A stretch of DNA of 64,000 bases from the human T2T-CHM13v2.0 reference genome, Homo sapiens (GCF_009914755.1 NC_060937.1); one strand, 5' to 3'. Positions 41,569 to 57,107 are shown, counted from the stretch's first letter. Made by a program: numbers and translations. Notes: a model not told the origin generated them from the sequence alone.

Positions 41569-42564
41569 ATTTTTTTTAAGAAAATGGAGGAAGAGGATTT
41601 GGTGTTGGAAATAAGATCCTAAAATCTGGAACATTTTGTGTTTGAGATAGGAGATATGGGGTCATTCACATGGAGTGCTCTGGATGGTCTAAGAAATGCA
41701 TTACCTGGGTCAGCCGTGGTTTGGCATCATGAACCGAAACCACGGCAAATAGGAGGGCTTGTATAGGAAGAAGTAGAGGGTGAAAAGAGAGGACAACCAA
41801 AGGATTCCCAAAACACACAGATAGCTTGGGAGCAGCCTGAAGGAGGTGGCCACGAGAATTGAAGGGCTGGCCTGAAGATTAATGAGGGAGTCTGGAGAGG
41901 AAAGCTTCCCGTAGCAGATGAGCTTGGAGGGCCACGCAGTGGGGCCGACCAGCCCGGAGAGCCCGAATATAGGAGGAGGGGAGGTGGGCTCTGGTGGTTC
42001 AGAGGTTAACAGCTATCTTCCCAGAACCTTTTCAGGGGAGCAGTGGGGAGAGATTCGTTTAATTAGCAGAGGAGCGGTGCCAATTAAAGCAGCTAAGAGA
42101 ACGCAGAGGACTGAGGATGCTGTGTTGGTGGAAGAGAATGGACCAGGTTGAAGACCACCAGCACACAGGGCAGCAACGAAGACCCAGGAAGGAGCTTGGG
42201 GAGCCTGGGGGTGCTCTCTTTTCTTTGATTTTAGAGAAGCTTTAATTACCTAAAAGGTTTGGGTGCCCTCAGTCTTTCCTGTGATGTAATTTGCACTATA
42301 TGCTTAGTTGGAACCAATAGAATAAATAATGCTGTTGATTGCCTGGAATGTGAAGCCAGGAGCAACCTGTTTCTACTCACGATGACTTTTCTACCTCCTG
42401 GGTTTGCTTAATTAAGCGTGTGCATCCTCCTTGCCCTCTTCTGTTCGTCAGAAGATCCTTGATGTATCGGAGATTGAGTCAACAGTCAGGAAGGCTCTGA
42501 GTGTCCCAGTGGAAGCCATTTCTCGCGTTGCCGGAGGGTTCTTAGCCACCATATCTGTGGGGTG

Positions 42565-43014
42565 TCTATTAGTCAGGGTTCTCTAGAGGGACAGAGCTAA
42601 TAGGATAGATGTATATATGAGAGGAGTTTATTTAGGAGTATTGACTCACACGTTCACAAGGTGAGGTCCCACAATAGGCTGTCTGCAAGCTGAGGAGCAA
42701 GGAGGCCAGTCTGAGTCCCAAAGCTGAAGAACTTGGGGTCTGATGTTTGAGGGCAGGAAGCATCCAGCACAGGAGAAAGATGTAGGCTGGGCAGCTAGGC
42801 CAGTCTAGTCTTTCCATGTTCTTCTGCCTACTTTTATTCTGGCCACGCTGGCAGCCGATTAGGTTGTGCCCACCCAGATTGAGGGTGGGTCTGCCTTTCC
42901 CACTCAACTGACTCAAATGCTAATCTCTTTTGGCAACACCATCACAGACACACCCAGGATTGATACTTTACATCCTTCAATCCAATCAAGTTGACACTTG
43001 ATATTAACCATCAT
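42565..43014. mobile_element. MLT2A-like solo LTR (ERVL)
   Basis: tattagtcagggttctctagagggacag...caatccaatcaagttgacac..tattaaccatca; gggtg on both flanks. Confidence 0.85.
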
Positions 43015-44273
43015 AGGGTGTATGTAGATCCCGGGTCCCTCCTGACTTCAGTTGCCGGGTATTTTTTTCCACTTTGAAGATCTCTCACTTCCTATTAGAA
43101 GCCTAGTGCCAGTTTTGTTTGTTTGTTTGTTTGTTTGTTTAATTCGTTCCTTTCATGTAAGTTGGCTTCTGGTTTTCCTGAACAGTTGGTTTAAAGATAA
43201 TTGCCAGGTTGATTGTTGAAAACCATGTTTTAATTGTCTCTGGGAAATTCCTTTCTCAGTGATGGGAAAGTCAGCAGCTATGCACTGGCACAACGGTTAG
43301 GCGTGTGGCCTGGGAAACTAGAGCTGGCTCCTGTGCGAGTTCACACCTCGTGATAACAGATATCAGAGAAGTTCGTGGTTTCTTCATGCTTCTGTCTCCT
43401 TCACTATAACATGAGGGTGATAGTGGTACCTGCCTCAGACGGTTTCTATGAGGACTAAAAGGGCTCATGACTATAATTAACTTAGCATGGTGTCTGGTAC
43501 ATGGACAGTACTTAGTAAATACTCACTACCATCCATGTTTTTATATTTCTCTCTGCGTTGATCCGTTGAAAGGTGTACGTGTACCCCAAACCTCACTGAA
43601 AGTGCCCACAGCTTTGCTGTCTAGCACCCAATATGTCTGGGGGACCATGGCCCTCCCCTCCACGCCTCTCTCTCTTCCTGGGCCACACACCCTACCCTAT
43701 TCTATGGCATTTACGTCACTCCCACCTTAGGTACCATCTCCTGTCCTTTCTCAGTTATGCATTTCTCTTCCCAAGGGCTATGGACAGCTATTGGTCTGCT
43801 TCAGGCAAGGGCTCTTAGAAGCAGAAACCTTCCTCTGGGGCTGAGTCTTGCTTCCTGCAGGTGTCTAGCAGTACCCATCTCTAGGATGGAATCTGTTTAC
43901 AAGCTACTTATTGCAAATGATCTCTGTGCTGACCTAATGATGCTAAAATCACCCAAGTGTGGATGGAAAAAAATTAATCTAAAATCAAACTCCAGTGTGC
44001 AGATGGGTAGAGTAAAATAATTAAACCAAATTAAAAGGATTGGAAATTGGTTCTCTCTTGTCTCTTTCAAAGCATAAGTGGAATTCTTTGCAGGATGAGT
44101 GGGGTAATTTCCAAGTCTCCTTCCAACGATAACATTCCATGACCCCATAAGAAGTTCAGGAGATGTCCGGGGAGGGGTGATTGGAAAGGAAGCGGTAGGC
44201 TGATATTTGTAACCCAGGGCTGTCATGTCACTACTGATGCTTTGTATTTCCAACCCTTTGCTTTTGCTCTCAG

Positions 44274-44352
44274 GGAAGGCCGCTCAAATGCCCAAATCAG
44301 AGATTACCAAAGAATCGGCGATGTCATGCTGAAGAACATTCAGGGCATGAAG
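44274..44352 (+). CDS. FARP1: FARP1 coding exon 17 (DH)
   Basis: ttttgctctcAG|G...ATGAAG|GTGAGC; 79 nt; EGRSNAQIRDYQRIGDVMLKNIQGMK. Confidence 0.97.
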
Positions 44353-44472
44353 GTGAGCTGGTTGAGATTTGGGTGGAGCAAGGTTCACCAAGGAGAATCG
44401 AGCGGGGCTGCCATGGGCATAGGCTGTAAGCCATTTCCATCAGCATGCATCACCTGATTTGACTCTCTACAC

Positions 44473-44713
44473 CAAGCTTGTCCAACCCACCGCCGAGCAG
44501 CAGCTTACAGCCCAGGACGGCTTTGAATGTGGCCCAACACAAATTCATAAACTTTCTTAAAACATTATGAGATTTTCTTTTTGGTGATTTTGGGGTTTTT
44601 TTTTTTTCTTTGCTCATCAGCTATCGTTAGTGTTAGTGTATTTCATGTGTGACCCAAGACAATTCTTCTTCTTCCAATGTGGTCCACGGAAGCCAAAAGA
44701 TTGGACACCCCGG
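44473..44713. mobile_element. MER30 (hAT-Charlie MITE)
   Basis: tgtccaac...cagcccaggacggctttgaatgtggcccaacacaaattc...gaagccaaaagattggacaccc. Confidence 0.85.
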
Positions 44714-45069
44714 TCTAATCTAAGGCACATCAGGAAGATGGCTGTTCGGCAAACCCTTCTCCAACCTTTCTAGATAATTTTATTTCAAAGCATGAATGAA
44801 AAGCCAATCACTTTAGCGAAAGCATTTTTAGTAGGTTTTTTTGTTTCAAAAGTTTTGCATTATACCCAAAACAAGTGTTTTCTGTGAATGGATGATTCAA
44901 AACTTCAAAAAAAAAAAAGATGTGGACAAACACTGTCTGACTGAACATTTCATTTTCAGTCAGTTGTTTTGGTTTCTTCTAATAACCATGACAAAAATGT
45001 TGGATTCAGAGCTGTGTAGGTATTTCAGTAAATTCTATGACTTTAAATCAGTGTACGAGGCAAATATAG

Positions 45070-45405
<336 letters not shown>

Positions 45406-45907
45406 TAATCATCCAGCAATATCTACAATCAATGACATAAAAGTGAAAGTATATCCAAAGAAGTCAATAAATATTAAATTAATACTCTACCACATTTAAA
45501 AAGTCTGCCCCATCTCTTATATCTGAAATCTTCCTTTTTTTGTTTTCATTTGAATCCATTAATAATTCCTTTAACATAAAATGTTTTAATTCACACAGCG
45601 TCTCTTTTGAATATACCTGTACTCACATTTTAAAGCAATCTTCCTGAATCTTAACTGCCCAGAGCCTGTATGACAACCTTAAAAACTAATAACTGCCCAG
45701 AGAAGCTAGCAACCCCTTAAAGAAGGTGCTCATACTGCCCCCATTTCAATCCATCCATCCACCTGTCCATCCACCCAGTGCTAACTGAGCACCTACTATA
45801 CACAAGACACTCATAGAATGAAATTACCATTAGGGTTTGTCTTAATTCCCATAATCCTAGCTAAGTGGGTTAGCATTTAGTTTTTTCCCATTAAAATGAT
45901 GTATCTC

Positions 45908-46210
45908 AGCCGGGTGTGGTGGCTCATGCCTCTGATCCTAGCAATTTGGGAGGCTAAGGTGGGAGGATTGCTTTGAGCCCAGAAGTTTGAGAGCAGCCTA
46001 GACAACATAGCAAGACTTGTCTCTATGAAAAATAAAAAAACATTAGCTAAGAGTGATGGTAAGTGCCTGTAGTTCCAGCTACTCAGGGGGCTGAGGGGAG
46101 AGGATCACTTGAGCCCAGCAGGTTGATGCTGCAGTGAGCCATGATCGCGCCACTGCACTCAAGCCTGGGCAACAGAGCAAGACCCTGTCTCAAAAATAAA
46201 TAATAAATAA
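45908..46210 (+). mobile_element. Alu (J-like)
   Basis: gccgggtgtggtggctcatgcc...(aata)n tail; inverted relative to the Alu 500 bp upstream. Confidence 0.92.
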
Positions 46211-46594
46211 GCAAAGATGAATCTCGTGAGGGAGAGACAAGAGGAGGATGGTCGGTGAGTAGCACAGAAAAGACAGGATCAATTGCCACTCAAGGGATTT
46301 CCTGTCAATCTCTCTTAACAAAGACCACGGTAACATTGACTGGATCCTGAGGTATTGTTTTGTTTTTTCACTGTGTTCAAACAGCAACCCTTTGCAATTT
46401 GAGGCAATACCAGAGAGAGGCCGTGGAAGTGATCAGGGTTGCAGAATGCTATGCAAAAAAAGAAAAGCAAGAATTACCTAAGATGTTCCATAGCCACAGT
46501 ATTTTGAATGGCATGAGCTATGGCTGAGGCACAACAGATAGAAGGATAACAGACATCTTTTCCACTTTCCATGGGAGTTTCTGAAGTTAACGTA

Positions 46595-47000
46595 TTTTAT
46601 CTTTCAAAGCAATTTTAGCTTTACAGAAAACTTGAGGAGAAAGTACAGAGTTCTCGTATTCTTCCGTCCACCCCTAAACACACAGTTTCCCCTGCTATTA
46701 GCGTTTTGCATTGGCGTGGTGCTCGTGTGGAAACTGATGAACCAATACTGACAAGGTTGACCATTAGGGCCCCCTCTTGGTGGTGTACATTCTCTGGGTG
46801 TTGACAAATATATAATGACAGGGATCCACAGAACAGTTTCCCTGCCCTAAAACTTCCCTGGGCTCCACCTATTCATCCCCCTTAGATGCCCCCCAAATCC
46901 CTGGCAACCACTGACCTTTTCCCATCTCCATAGTTTTATCTTTCCAGATGTCACATAGCTGGGATCAGACAGTATGTAGTCACTGCAGACCGGCTTCGTT
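46595..47000 (-). mobile_element. L1MC-like 3' fragment
   Basis: aaagcaattttagctttacagaaaacttgag...gatgaaccaatactgaca...cctggcaaccactga. Confidence 0.7.
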
Positions 47001-48669
47001 TGCTTTTCAAAAACGTCCTTTTTCCTCTCTCATGTAACAGGACGCTGTTTCTGTTGTTCTCTCCCATCTTTTCCCTCGTTTCACATGCTCTGTACTTTTT
47101 CCAAGGCCGTTCTGGTTTCTCAGCTTTTCTCCCTGTGTTCTTCAATCTGAGATCACAGCTCCCCAGGGAGGCGCCCTCTTCAAGGAGGCTTGGACTCTGG
47201 TGTGGGCCTTTGGGGACAGCAGCAGAGACCTGCCAGGTTCATCTCCACCCGCGGGGACAGTCCCCAGTGTGGTGCTGTTCAGCAAGTGTCCTTCGTGCCT
47301 TCTCCAGGTTGTGTGCCAACTCCCACCACTGCTTTTCCTCAGAGGCTGACATCCCACCCTCCCCTACCCTAACCCAGCGCAGAAGACCACCTAAAAATAC
47401 ACCTGATATCCGCTCCTGGCGTTCTTTCTCCTCGGTCTGGGGAGCTGGCATTTCTGCATTCAGCCAGCTTCCCCTGCTGTGCTGGCATCTCAGGAGTGTG
47501 CTGATGCCATGAGCGTTTATAGCATGGAGCTCTGTGCAAGCAAAATAAAAATAGACGGAGAGGTTGCTGAGAGTCACTGGCAGCCTTTTTGAGAAGTTAG
47601 TTGGGGTTTTTTTTAATTGCTGTTTTTATTGTTTTAAAGAATTTCTATAAAGCATGGAGGGGCACAGCAGAAGTTTCCAGAAATGTGAGAAGCCCAGGCC
47701 AGCACTGTTGTCCAAATGCTTAGAGTGTTCTCGAGCCTGCAGTGTCTTTCCCGCTTCGCTCCCACCCCCGACCCGTGCACTCACCTGCTGTCATCAGTCT
47801 CAGCCTGATTGGCTCTTCCCAGACTCTGCACACAGGAGTGAGGTCACACAACCAAGGGAGGGTAGTCCAGGGTCTTTAACCACCTCCACAGAGTCAGAGA
47901 CACCCAAATCAGGATCTCCAGCCCACGCTGTGAATGTCCACTTGCACACATCCATCCAGACGCACAAAAACGCTTGGAAATCAATGCAAAGAAAGGGCCT
48001 TTCATCCTGACCTTCACCTGCTTGGCAAGTGGGGACCTTCATTCCTTCCTGTATCGCCTGTCTCTCCAAGCTTCTACCACCTGTACCTCTTTCTGACACT
48101 TCTACCACTTTGCTTCTCCTGGCTCTCTGTTTTCTTCCTGCTAGGCGACCAGGCCAGCTTCCCAATGAGTCACCTCCCACCAACCCAGCCTTCCAACCCA
48201 CTACTTATATGATGGCTGGAGTCACTGTTCATACAACACAAAACTGACAGCGCAAAGCCCTCCTGGTTTCTCTATGGTTTGGAGAATGCAGTCCAAACTC
48301 TAAACCTAGTGAAGAAAGCCTCTGCTCTAGTCCTAGGCTGTCTCTCCAGACCCTGCTCCCAACCCTTCACCTTCCACCCTGCCTTCCGGCCACCGTCAAC
48401 TCATGTGTCCTCCCAAGACCTCTGCCTTGGCCTGGGTGTGTGCATTGCTTCGTTGGCTCTTTGGTATATACAGGGAAGACCTTTGGACACCCACTGTGTA
48501 TGCCAGGCCCCCAAGGATGTGACGACATGCCAGGATGTTACAACGTGATGATGCCCTCTCAAAATCAAATAGGGGACCACACGTGTGATAGCATCGCACA
48601 GAGCGACACACACATGCACGCACATGCACGCACACACATGCAAGAGCGTGTATAACTGGTGCAATCTGA

Positions 48670-48830
48670 ATAAGCTCTGTGGGCTGTACCAATGTCAATT
48701 TCCTGGTGTTGATATTGTACTCTAGTTTTGCAGGATGTCACCATTGAGGGAGGCTGGGTGAGGGGTGCACAATCCCTCCCTGTATGTTTCTTTGCAACTT
48801 CCTATGAATGTCTATTTCAAAACAGAAAGT
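48670..48830 (+). mobile_element. Old L1 (MC/MD-like) 3' end
   Basis: gtaccaatgtcaatttcctggt..tgatattgtact...gatgtcaccattg...ttgcaacttcct. Confidence 0.65.
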
Positions 48831-49651
48831 CATGAAATCAACCCAGCAGGGAGGCTGTGTGATAAGGGCTGTTGTGGAAAGACACAGCAGTGAGTGCGGG
48901 AGGATGCAGGAGTACAGAGCAGGGCAGGCCCCGGAGTAACCCCGAGGGATGGGGGGTCCTCAGCAGGGGTCACTGTGTGCAGAGTCTCTGGGTGCGAGAG
49001 TGTGCCGCATTTGGATGCAGGGCGGTCAGTGGGTGGCTCAGGGTGAGTCGCAAGCGTCAATGCCAGAGAGGTCAGAGGGATCCCGGCTTAAGGGGAGTCT
49101 GTTGAGTGGCATTGCAGAAAGTTCATTCAAGGGGCTCAACTCACAGTGAAGTGGAAGGGGCTGGAGACCACACAGCCAGAATGAGAACAGTGACCATGGG
49201 AAAGAAGACAAGGGCAGGTCCCACATTTTCTGGAGGACAAATTGATAGGACTTGGGGACGGGTTCATACAAGGAAAGAATGTGGAGTGTACCCCAGGTTT
49301 TAATGTCGTGAGTACCTGGCTGGTGGTGGTACCCATCCTGAAGTTAGAGAATAAATGCGGGGGCCCCAGCTGAGGCAGGAGGAAGTGGGCATGTGTCTGG
49401 ACAGCTGTGTTTCCAGCTTTTTCTGGGGCGTGGGAGTGGAGAAGCCACTGAGGTTGGGCCATAGCCTGGATGAGAAATCTAGATCTGGTGCCGCATTTTC
49501 CTCTCTGACTTGGGCTACTCGCCTGTGCCAGATACTACCATAGGCTTTTCTACAAAAACAAGTCAATTACAAAACCTTTCATCATTTTGTGCCTTTTATA
49601 TCTATAGACATGTATACAAATATACACCCACATACATGATAGAAGAATCTA

Positions 49652-49966
<315 letters not shown>

Positions 49967-50645
49967 TCAGATTTGGGAGTTACCAGCACATAGAGAGCAA
50001 GCCCACTCTGGGAGGTGATTATCAAGTGAGACTTGAAGAAAGCAAACTCGGTTTTTGTGTCCTGGGGTGTCCCCTGTCCTCTGCTCTCCCCCTATCTGCC
50101 TGGAAGTGTCCTTGCCTTGGGAGTCCTCCCTCCCACCCAGGTGAATTCATTCCTCCTTTAATGCTGTGTCATCCAAGCGCTTACTCTGTCCCCATCCCCA
50201 CCATGACTCCAGGAGAGTCAGGGCGCTGTCTGACTCTCATCCATCTCCCCAGACCTAGCAGAGGAGGGGCTCACATAGCTGCTTAGCTACTGTCTGAGCA
50301 GACGGGGCGAGGAAAGCAGAAATGTGGTTTTAAAACTATGTAATGCTTACTGACGGCCCCTGGGCTGTTTGTTATCTGAAGACATTTAGAAGAAAACCAC
50401 AGCCCTCCTTAAGGAGCTCCTGTTGATATATTTGTCCCCAGTTTTTCCAGGCTCAATTTTAAAGGAACATTTATACCTCTGATGTTATATACATAGCTTA
50501 TATATTTTATGATCCATGTGTATTTTAAACTGCTCAGTACCTTAATAGGCCTTTTTATTTCATCCTGAGAACTTAAGTGAAATAACAAAAAGAGTGAACT
50601 ATGAACAATGTGAAATTTAAGGAAATTAAACAAATCGTGAAATAG

Positions 50646-51461
<816 letters not shown>

Positions 51462-52526
51462 ACATCTTGGTCTTTCCGTAAAGAAGGTGCTGATGATCGT
51501 CAGGACCCCTTTCTTCCTTTGCCTCTTGCATGCATGTTCTCCTTTGGTCCCTGGGTGGTTTTGTGCAAAGATCCCTAGAGAAGCTCCGCTTACAGTTAGC
51601 CCCCACCCAGGAAGCTTGCTTCTACCCACGTGACGGAAACTCATCCCTCTACCGTGGCCACAGAACAGAGCTTGTAACAAATCCTGTTGCTCATTGCTAC
51701 CAGTCATTTGTAATGTGCCCATCAGCATAATGAGCATCTCTCCTGTATTAACTCTTCCCAAGCCTCAGGCACAGGTGAGTTCATCTTACATATGGGGACT
51801 ACGGAGACTAGAGAGGTTAAGGAACCTGCCCAGAGTCACACAGCTTGGAGGGAAATGATTTGGAACCTAAATCTAGAACCCATGGTCACAACCGTCCTGC
51901 CCTTCTATCTCATGGACAGTCCTACCCGCTCGTACTTGCTCAGCCCCAGGCCAGGTGCTGTGTACCTGATACTGTACCAACGTTCACACCATTACTCCTT
52001 TAAGGACCCCTTTAGATCAATTGCATTATCCCATTTTACAGAGCGTGACGCTGAGACTCAGGGGAAGGGACTTGCTGGGTCACTCAGAGGTCAGAGCCGC
52101 ATTCCAGACCTGCTTTTCCCACGGGGCCACGCGTGCTCTTCTGAACGGAAGTCGTTGTGTCTGGTGTCACAGTTGGTCTGTGGGTGTCTGCCCTCCCTGG
52201 CCTAGCATGCGGAGTTGGCCCTGCGTAGGTGGCTCCCGCACAGGTGGCCCGAATCCACACACCCACTAGGAGGGCAAGGCCCTTATTCCTTGCCTGAAAT
52301 GTCAGAAACACCTCCCAACTCTTTAGCCAAAACTGTCATCTTTTTTAAAAATCCATCTTCTTACACCTTGGCTTAAAACCTGGGTGACGGCTGACTGCCT
52401 CAGGCTAAAATCGGAAGTCTTCATGACCTGGCCTGGCCAGCTCTCACACCCCAGCTGCGCAGCGAGCACCTGTACTGGGCGTGTGAGGGAGAAGGAACAG
52501 TGCGGCCCCTGACCTCACAGGACCCA

Positions 52527-52614
52527 CTGGAGGGTCTGCAGGCAGGTACCTGGGTGCTGGAGGGTCTGCAGGCAGGTACCTGGGTGCTGGAGGGTCTGCA
52601 GGCAGGTACCTGGG
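52527..52614. repeat. 30-bp minisatellite, about 2.9 perfect copies
   Basis: Unit ctggagggtctgcaggcaggtacctgggtg. Confidence 0.97.
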
Positions 52615-53147
52615 CAGTGGCAACCCTGCACTAGGGCCGTGAGAGAGAAGTGGACGGTGCAGTTGGAGCCGGGGCGTTAGGGGGTGTTGGGGGGATCTCG
52701 AAGGGAAATGGTGTCTAAGTTCAGAACTAACATGTAAATAGGAGTTTTCCTGGGTGAAAGGAGGGTGTGGAGAATAGAGTTAGAAACAGCACAAGCTCAG
52801 GTTCAGAGGGGACAGAGACCGGAACATTGCCAAAAGCGTGCAGGGCACAGGGAGAGCCACAAAGTGAGGCTGCGACAGAAAGCAGCGGCTACATCCCACT
52901 GCGCCCCATGGACCCCGCAAAGCCGTAACCTAAGAGCAGAGGCCGAACAGGAAGTGTTTTAAGGAGGGAAACAGTGATACCAGGCTTGTTCTAGAAAAAT
53001 CGTTGTTAATATCTAGAATATATGGCGGACTCCTACAAATTAGTTGTTAAAAAAAGGCAACCCAATAGGTAGAAGACTTGGCAAAGTAATTGAGACAGTG
53101 ACAGTTCACAGAAGGGGAACACAGGTGCCTCCTGACATGGTTTGTCA

Positions 53148-53450
<303 letters not shown>

Positions 53451-54444
53451 AAACCATGCTGCCTCTTGCCTCCACACCTTGGTGCATTCCGTTCCTTCTG
53501 CTTAGAGTCCTGGCCACCACCTCCTTGGCCTTTCCTGGCCAGCTCTCTCTCGTCCTTTAAGCCTCAGCTTGTGCCTGGCACCTGATGTTGAGCTGACCTC
53601 CTGTCCGCCTTGTCCTGTCACACTGGCATTGCCTGTGTGTTGGCCGAGCCCGGAGGAAAGGACCCAGGGCCCCTCCTGGCTCTGAGGACTCCTCAGATCT
53701 GTCGCCCATGGGGGTGAGAGCGGTGTGTGGTTTTGAAGGCGCTGTTCTTGGCGGACTCATCCAGTTCCACTCTGCTATTTCTCTAAACAGTACCCAATGG
53801 AGATAGGCTATCCTTGATGATTGAGGAAGAGAGTGCTAGCTAGCTTAAAGCATGAAGTGGCAGCACTGTAGGAGCCTAGGTTTCCAGAGCTAGAGGGACA
53901 CTGAATGCCAAGGGCTGTTCCCAGCACGCCCCTGCCCCTGAGCACCGGGGGCCGGGGTGCCATCATTCCATCATTTTCCTCTCAGAGCTCCCCACTACCC
54001 CCCAGCCCTGCCACTGAGCACTGGATGCCAAGTAAATGTTTATTGGACCAAACTGGGTGGTCATGTCTGAAAATCGAGCAAGGCCTGGGATTTGTCACTA
54101 TGGCTGAGACCGCATTCTCTGATAAGCCTGGGAGAATTTAACTCGCATCCTTGGGGGAAAAAACAAGAAAACTAAATGCTTCCCTTCCAACACTGAAATG
54201 CTGGGGGAAAGCAGTGAAAGAGGTATTTAGAGTTCTGAAGACTGAAGTTCAGTCAACAAGTATTTCTTGCTTTTCTTGACCAAACTACCCAAGTGCTCAG
54301 CCGCTGGGGACTTGAGTGCCACCCAAACTTGTCAGCCACTGGGGACTTGCGTGCCACCCAAGCTTGTATTAATCAGGCACTAGCTTCTTTTAAATATTGG
54401 ATGCCCACCAGTATAGGGGAGCCGTGCCTCTATCGAAAAATAAA

Positions 54445-54750
54445 GGCCTGATGTGGTGGCTCATGCCTGTAATCCCAGCACTTTGGGCGGCCAAGGCGTG
54501 TGGATCGCCTGAGGTCAGGAGTTCGAGACCAGCCTAACCAACATGGTGAAACCTTGTCTCTACTGAAAATACAAAATTAGCCGGGCGTGGTGGCACGCAC
54601 CTGTAATCCCAGCTACTCGGGAGGCTGAGGCAGGACAATCACTTGAACCTGGGGGCAGAGGTTGCAGTGAGCTGAGATTATGCCATTGTACTCCAGCCTG
54701 GGCAACAAGAGCAAAACTCTGTCTCAAACAAATAAAAGAAAAGAAAAAAT
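54445..54750 (+). mobile_element. Alu (S-like)
   Basis: Alu dimer with A-rich tail. Confidence 0.94.
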
Positions 54751-55136
54751 TTGAATTCTACAGCAATTCTTCACAACCATCTTGGTAAACAGTGTAATTT
54801 CCACACAAGACAGAACTGGGGTGTGGTGGAATGTTAGTTACCTGGAATATACTGACACTTCACAATATCAATTACACCTCCTCCCAAGGAGGTGCTGACT
54901 TTGCTCCAGATTTTTCTATGGCCTCTTTGTGCTCACTGTGCCTTGTTCTTTCCGAGTAACAGGAGGGAAAAGAAAAGTCTCTACCCAGGGACAAAATTCA
55001 AGGCAGTCTTCTTCCCCCGTGTCTTTCCCCTCTAAGCCAACAGGTCCGTCTAATTGAAGGACAGCTGTATGCCACGTCACCATGCAGGGGTCACTTAGTT
55101 TTAAGATGCTAAAGTGAAGCAAATAAATACAGAAAA

Positions 55137-55572
55137 TACACCATCAATTTTTATTATAGAGAAATAGCACTGTTTTTGCTCAAAAGACACCTTTGAATAC
55201 TGTGCAGGGACTGGAGTGATTTCCCTGCAGCGTTGAGCTGACAGCTGCTAGGGGAAGACCCCTGCCTGCCTTTCCCGCTGCAGACTGTGTATGTCTTTCC
55301 TTCACAGCCGCTTTGGCAGAGATCACGGAGATGGTGGCACAGCTCCACGGTACGATGATCAAGATGGAGAATTTCCAGAAGCTGCACGAACTCAAGAAAG
55401 ATTTGATTGGCATTGACAATCTTGTGGTTCCGGGAAGGGTAAGCAGCAGTGGCCTCACTATGCACTGCGCGGGGAGCAGAAAGGAGGCATCGGAGGGACT
55501 TACATTTGAACCTTTTGAAGAGAGACCCTTGCAAAGCAAAATGTCCTCTTTCCATCCACCTGGGAGACAACT
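55137..55572 (-). ncRNA. Possible short antisense lncRNA across exon 19 (FARP1-AS1-like)
   Basis: Minus-strand AATAAA (tttatt at 55150-55155). The extent rests on my recollection of an annotated antisense transcript over this exon and cannot be derived from the sequence. Confidence 0.3.
55308..55438 (+). CDS. FARP1: FARP1 coding exon 19 (DH end)
   Basis: ttccttcacAG|CC...GGAAGG|GTAAGC; 131 nt; ALAEITEMVAQLHGTMIKMENFQKLHELKKDLIGIDNLVVPGR. Confidence 0.97.
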
Positions 55573-57107
55573 GGAAAAACACAACAGTGTCGTTAGTTCA
55601 GAATCATTGTGTTCGGAGGAGATAAAGCAATCCTCTGACCTCATATTCTGCTTTTTCTCCTTACGGGGTGATTCGCTTCTTTACCTTTTCCCCTACCATA
55701 TCCCACAGAAGATTTGAGATTGCTTATTTTATTTTTTTTAAATGTACATAAATGAAAATGGAAAATTAAAAAAAAAATTAGGTAAATAGTAATAAAGCCA
55801 GAAAGGTAGTGCATTAAATTATGCTAGAAATTCCCATGCAGGTATGAAGTGTTTTTTTAAAATTCAATCTTCCATATATAATTTAATTTGAGTTCAAAAT
55901 TAAAATACCAAATCTTAGCTGGAAAGCAATTCCAGGAGAGATGCAAGTTCACTGACACTGTCGCCTACCCCTCCCCAGCCCCCTGCCTGAGATGCAGGTG
56001 ATTCCTACTCAACAGGGCTTCCCGCACACACTCCTTCCAGGCCAGTGACAATGTGGAGGACAGGAACAAAGCCTGCCTTCTCCACTTCCCTTCCTAGAAA
56101 GCCATCATCACCCAGGAATCAAACGTATCATTCAGTTGCTGCGTCTCATCAAATCTCTCTCTGGGATCTTTACCCTGTGGCGCCCCCATTTCAAATGCTA
56201 CGTCACCCAGATCGAGAGACAACTCACTGTAGCTGCTTTGATCTGCTGCTGCAGGATCCAGTATCTCAGGGGCTTTTAGTCTTTTTCCAACAAGCAGCTG
56301 CCCTGGAAACTTGACATCTGTAACTCAGGGCAGGGGAAGGAAGCTCTCCTTGTTTTGGAGCATTTCTGTCAGGAAGCCTAATTACAGAACTGACCAGAAG
56401 CCACGTTGTGAGAGATTGTCAGAAGAGCCATGCGGTAAGCGCTGGCAGAAATTAGAGCTGGGATGGCCTCAGCTCTGCTGGTGACAAGATCCTGCCAGGC
56501 CTCGGCACTTAATGACCTTATTTACCCATCCACACGGAACCCTCAGAAAAGCCCTGTGGAATCGATGTAATTTTCTCTCAGCTTTGAAAGTTATAAAATA
56601 TTTAGCATCTCATGCTACATGGTGAACAGACCACTGATAAAGAATTCCTTTTTTTGAGGAAATGTTTTCCACTGCAATGGAAAGAACCTTGGATTGGAGG
56701 AGGTGGCGCTGGGTTCAAAGTCTCGCTCTACCAGAGCCGGGGTGGCGGGGGACCATGCACATGGAGACCATGGCCTCTCCCTCATAGGTCATTAAGATCA
56801 AATGAGATTTGCTCTGTGAAAATGACATAATACATATTAATTATCTTCGTTTTCCCCCACCTACATTTAATTGAAGAGATGAAAGGTAGCCATAGAATAG
56901 TGGCATTAACTACATTGCAGAGCACAACGGGAAGCATTTTGCTCTATCACACACTGGCCGATCAGGTGATGATGGGCAAGTTTCTTAATCATTTGCCCCT
57001 CAGTCTCCTTATCTGAAAAATGGGAATAATGATACTGAAGGTGCAGGCTCACGTCTGGAGCTCCTGTAATCGCTCCGTGTCGCAGGTGATCAGTGATTAT
57101 CTGAGGC

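Noticed and set aside
52527-52614. Repeat arrays as CRISPR-like structures (also 54297-54366 and 58385-58520)
   Set aside because: Head-to-tail repeats without unique spacers, in human intronic DNA, with no cas genes
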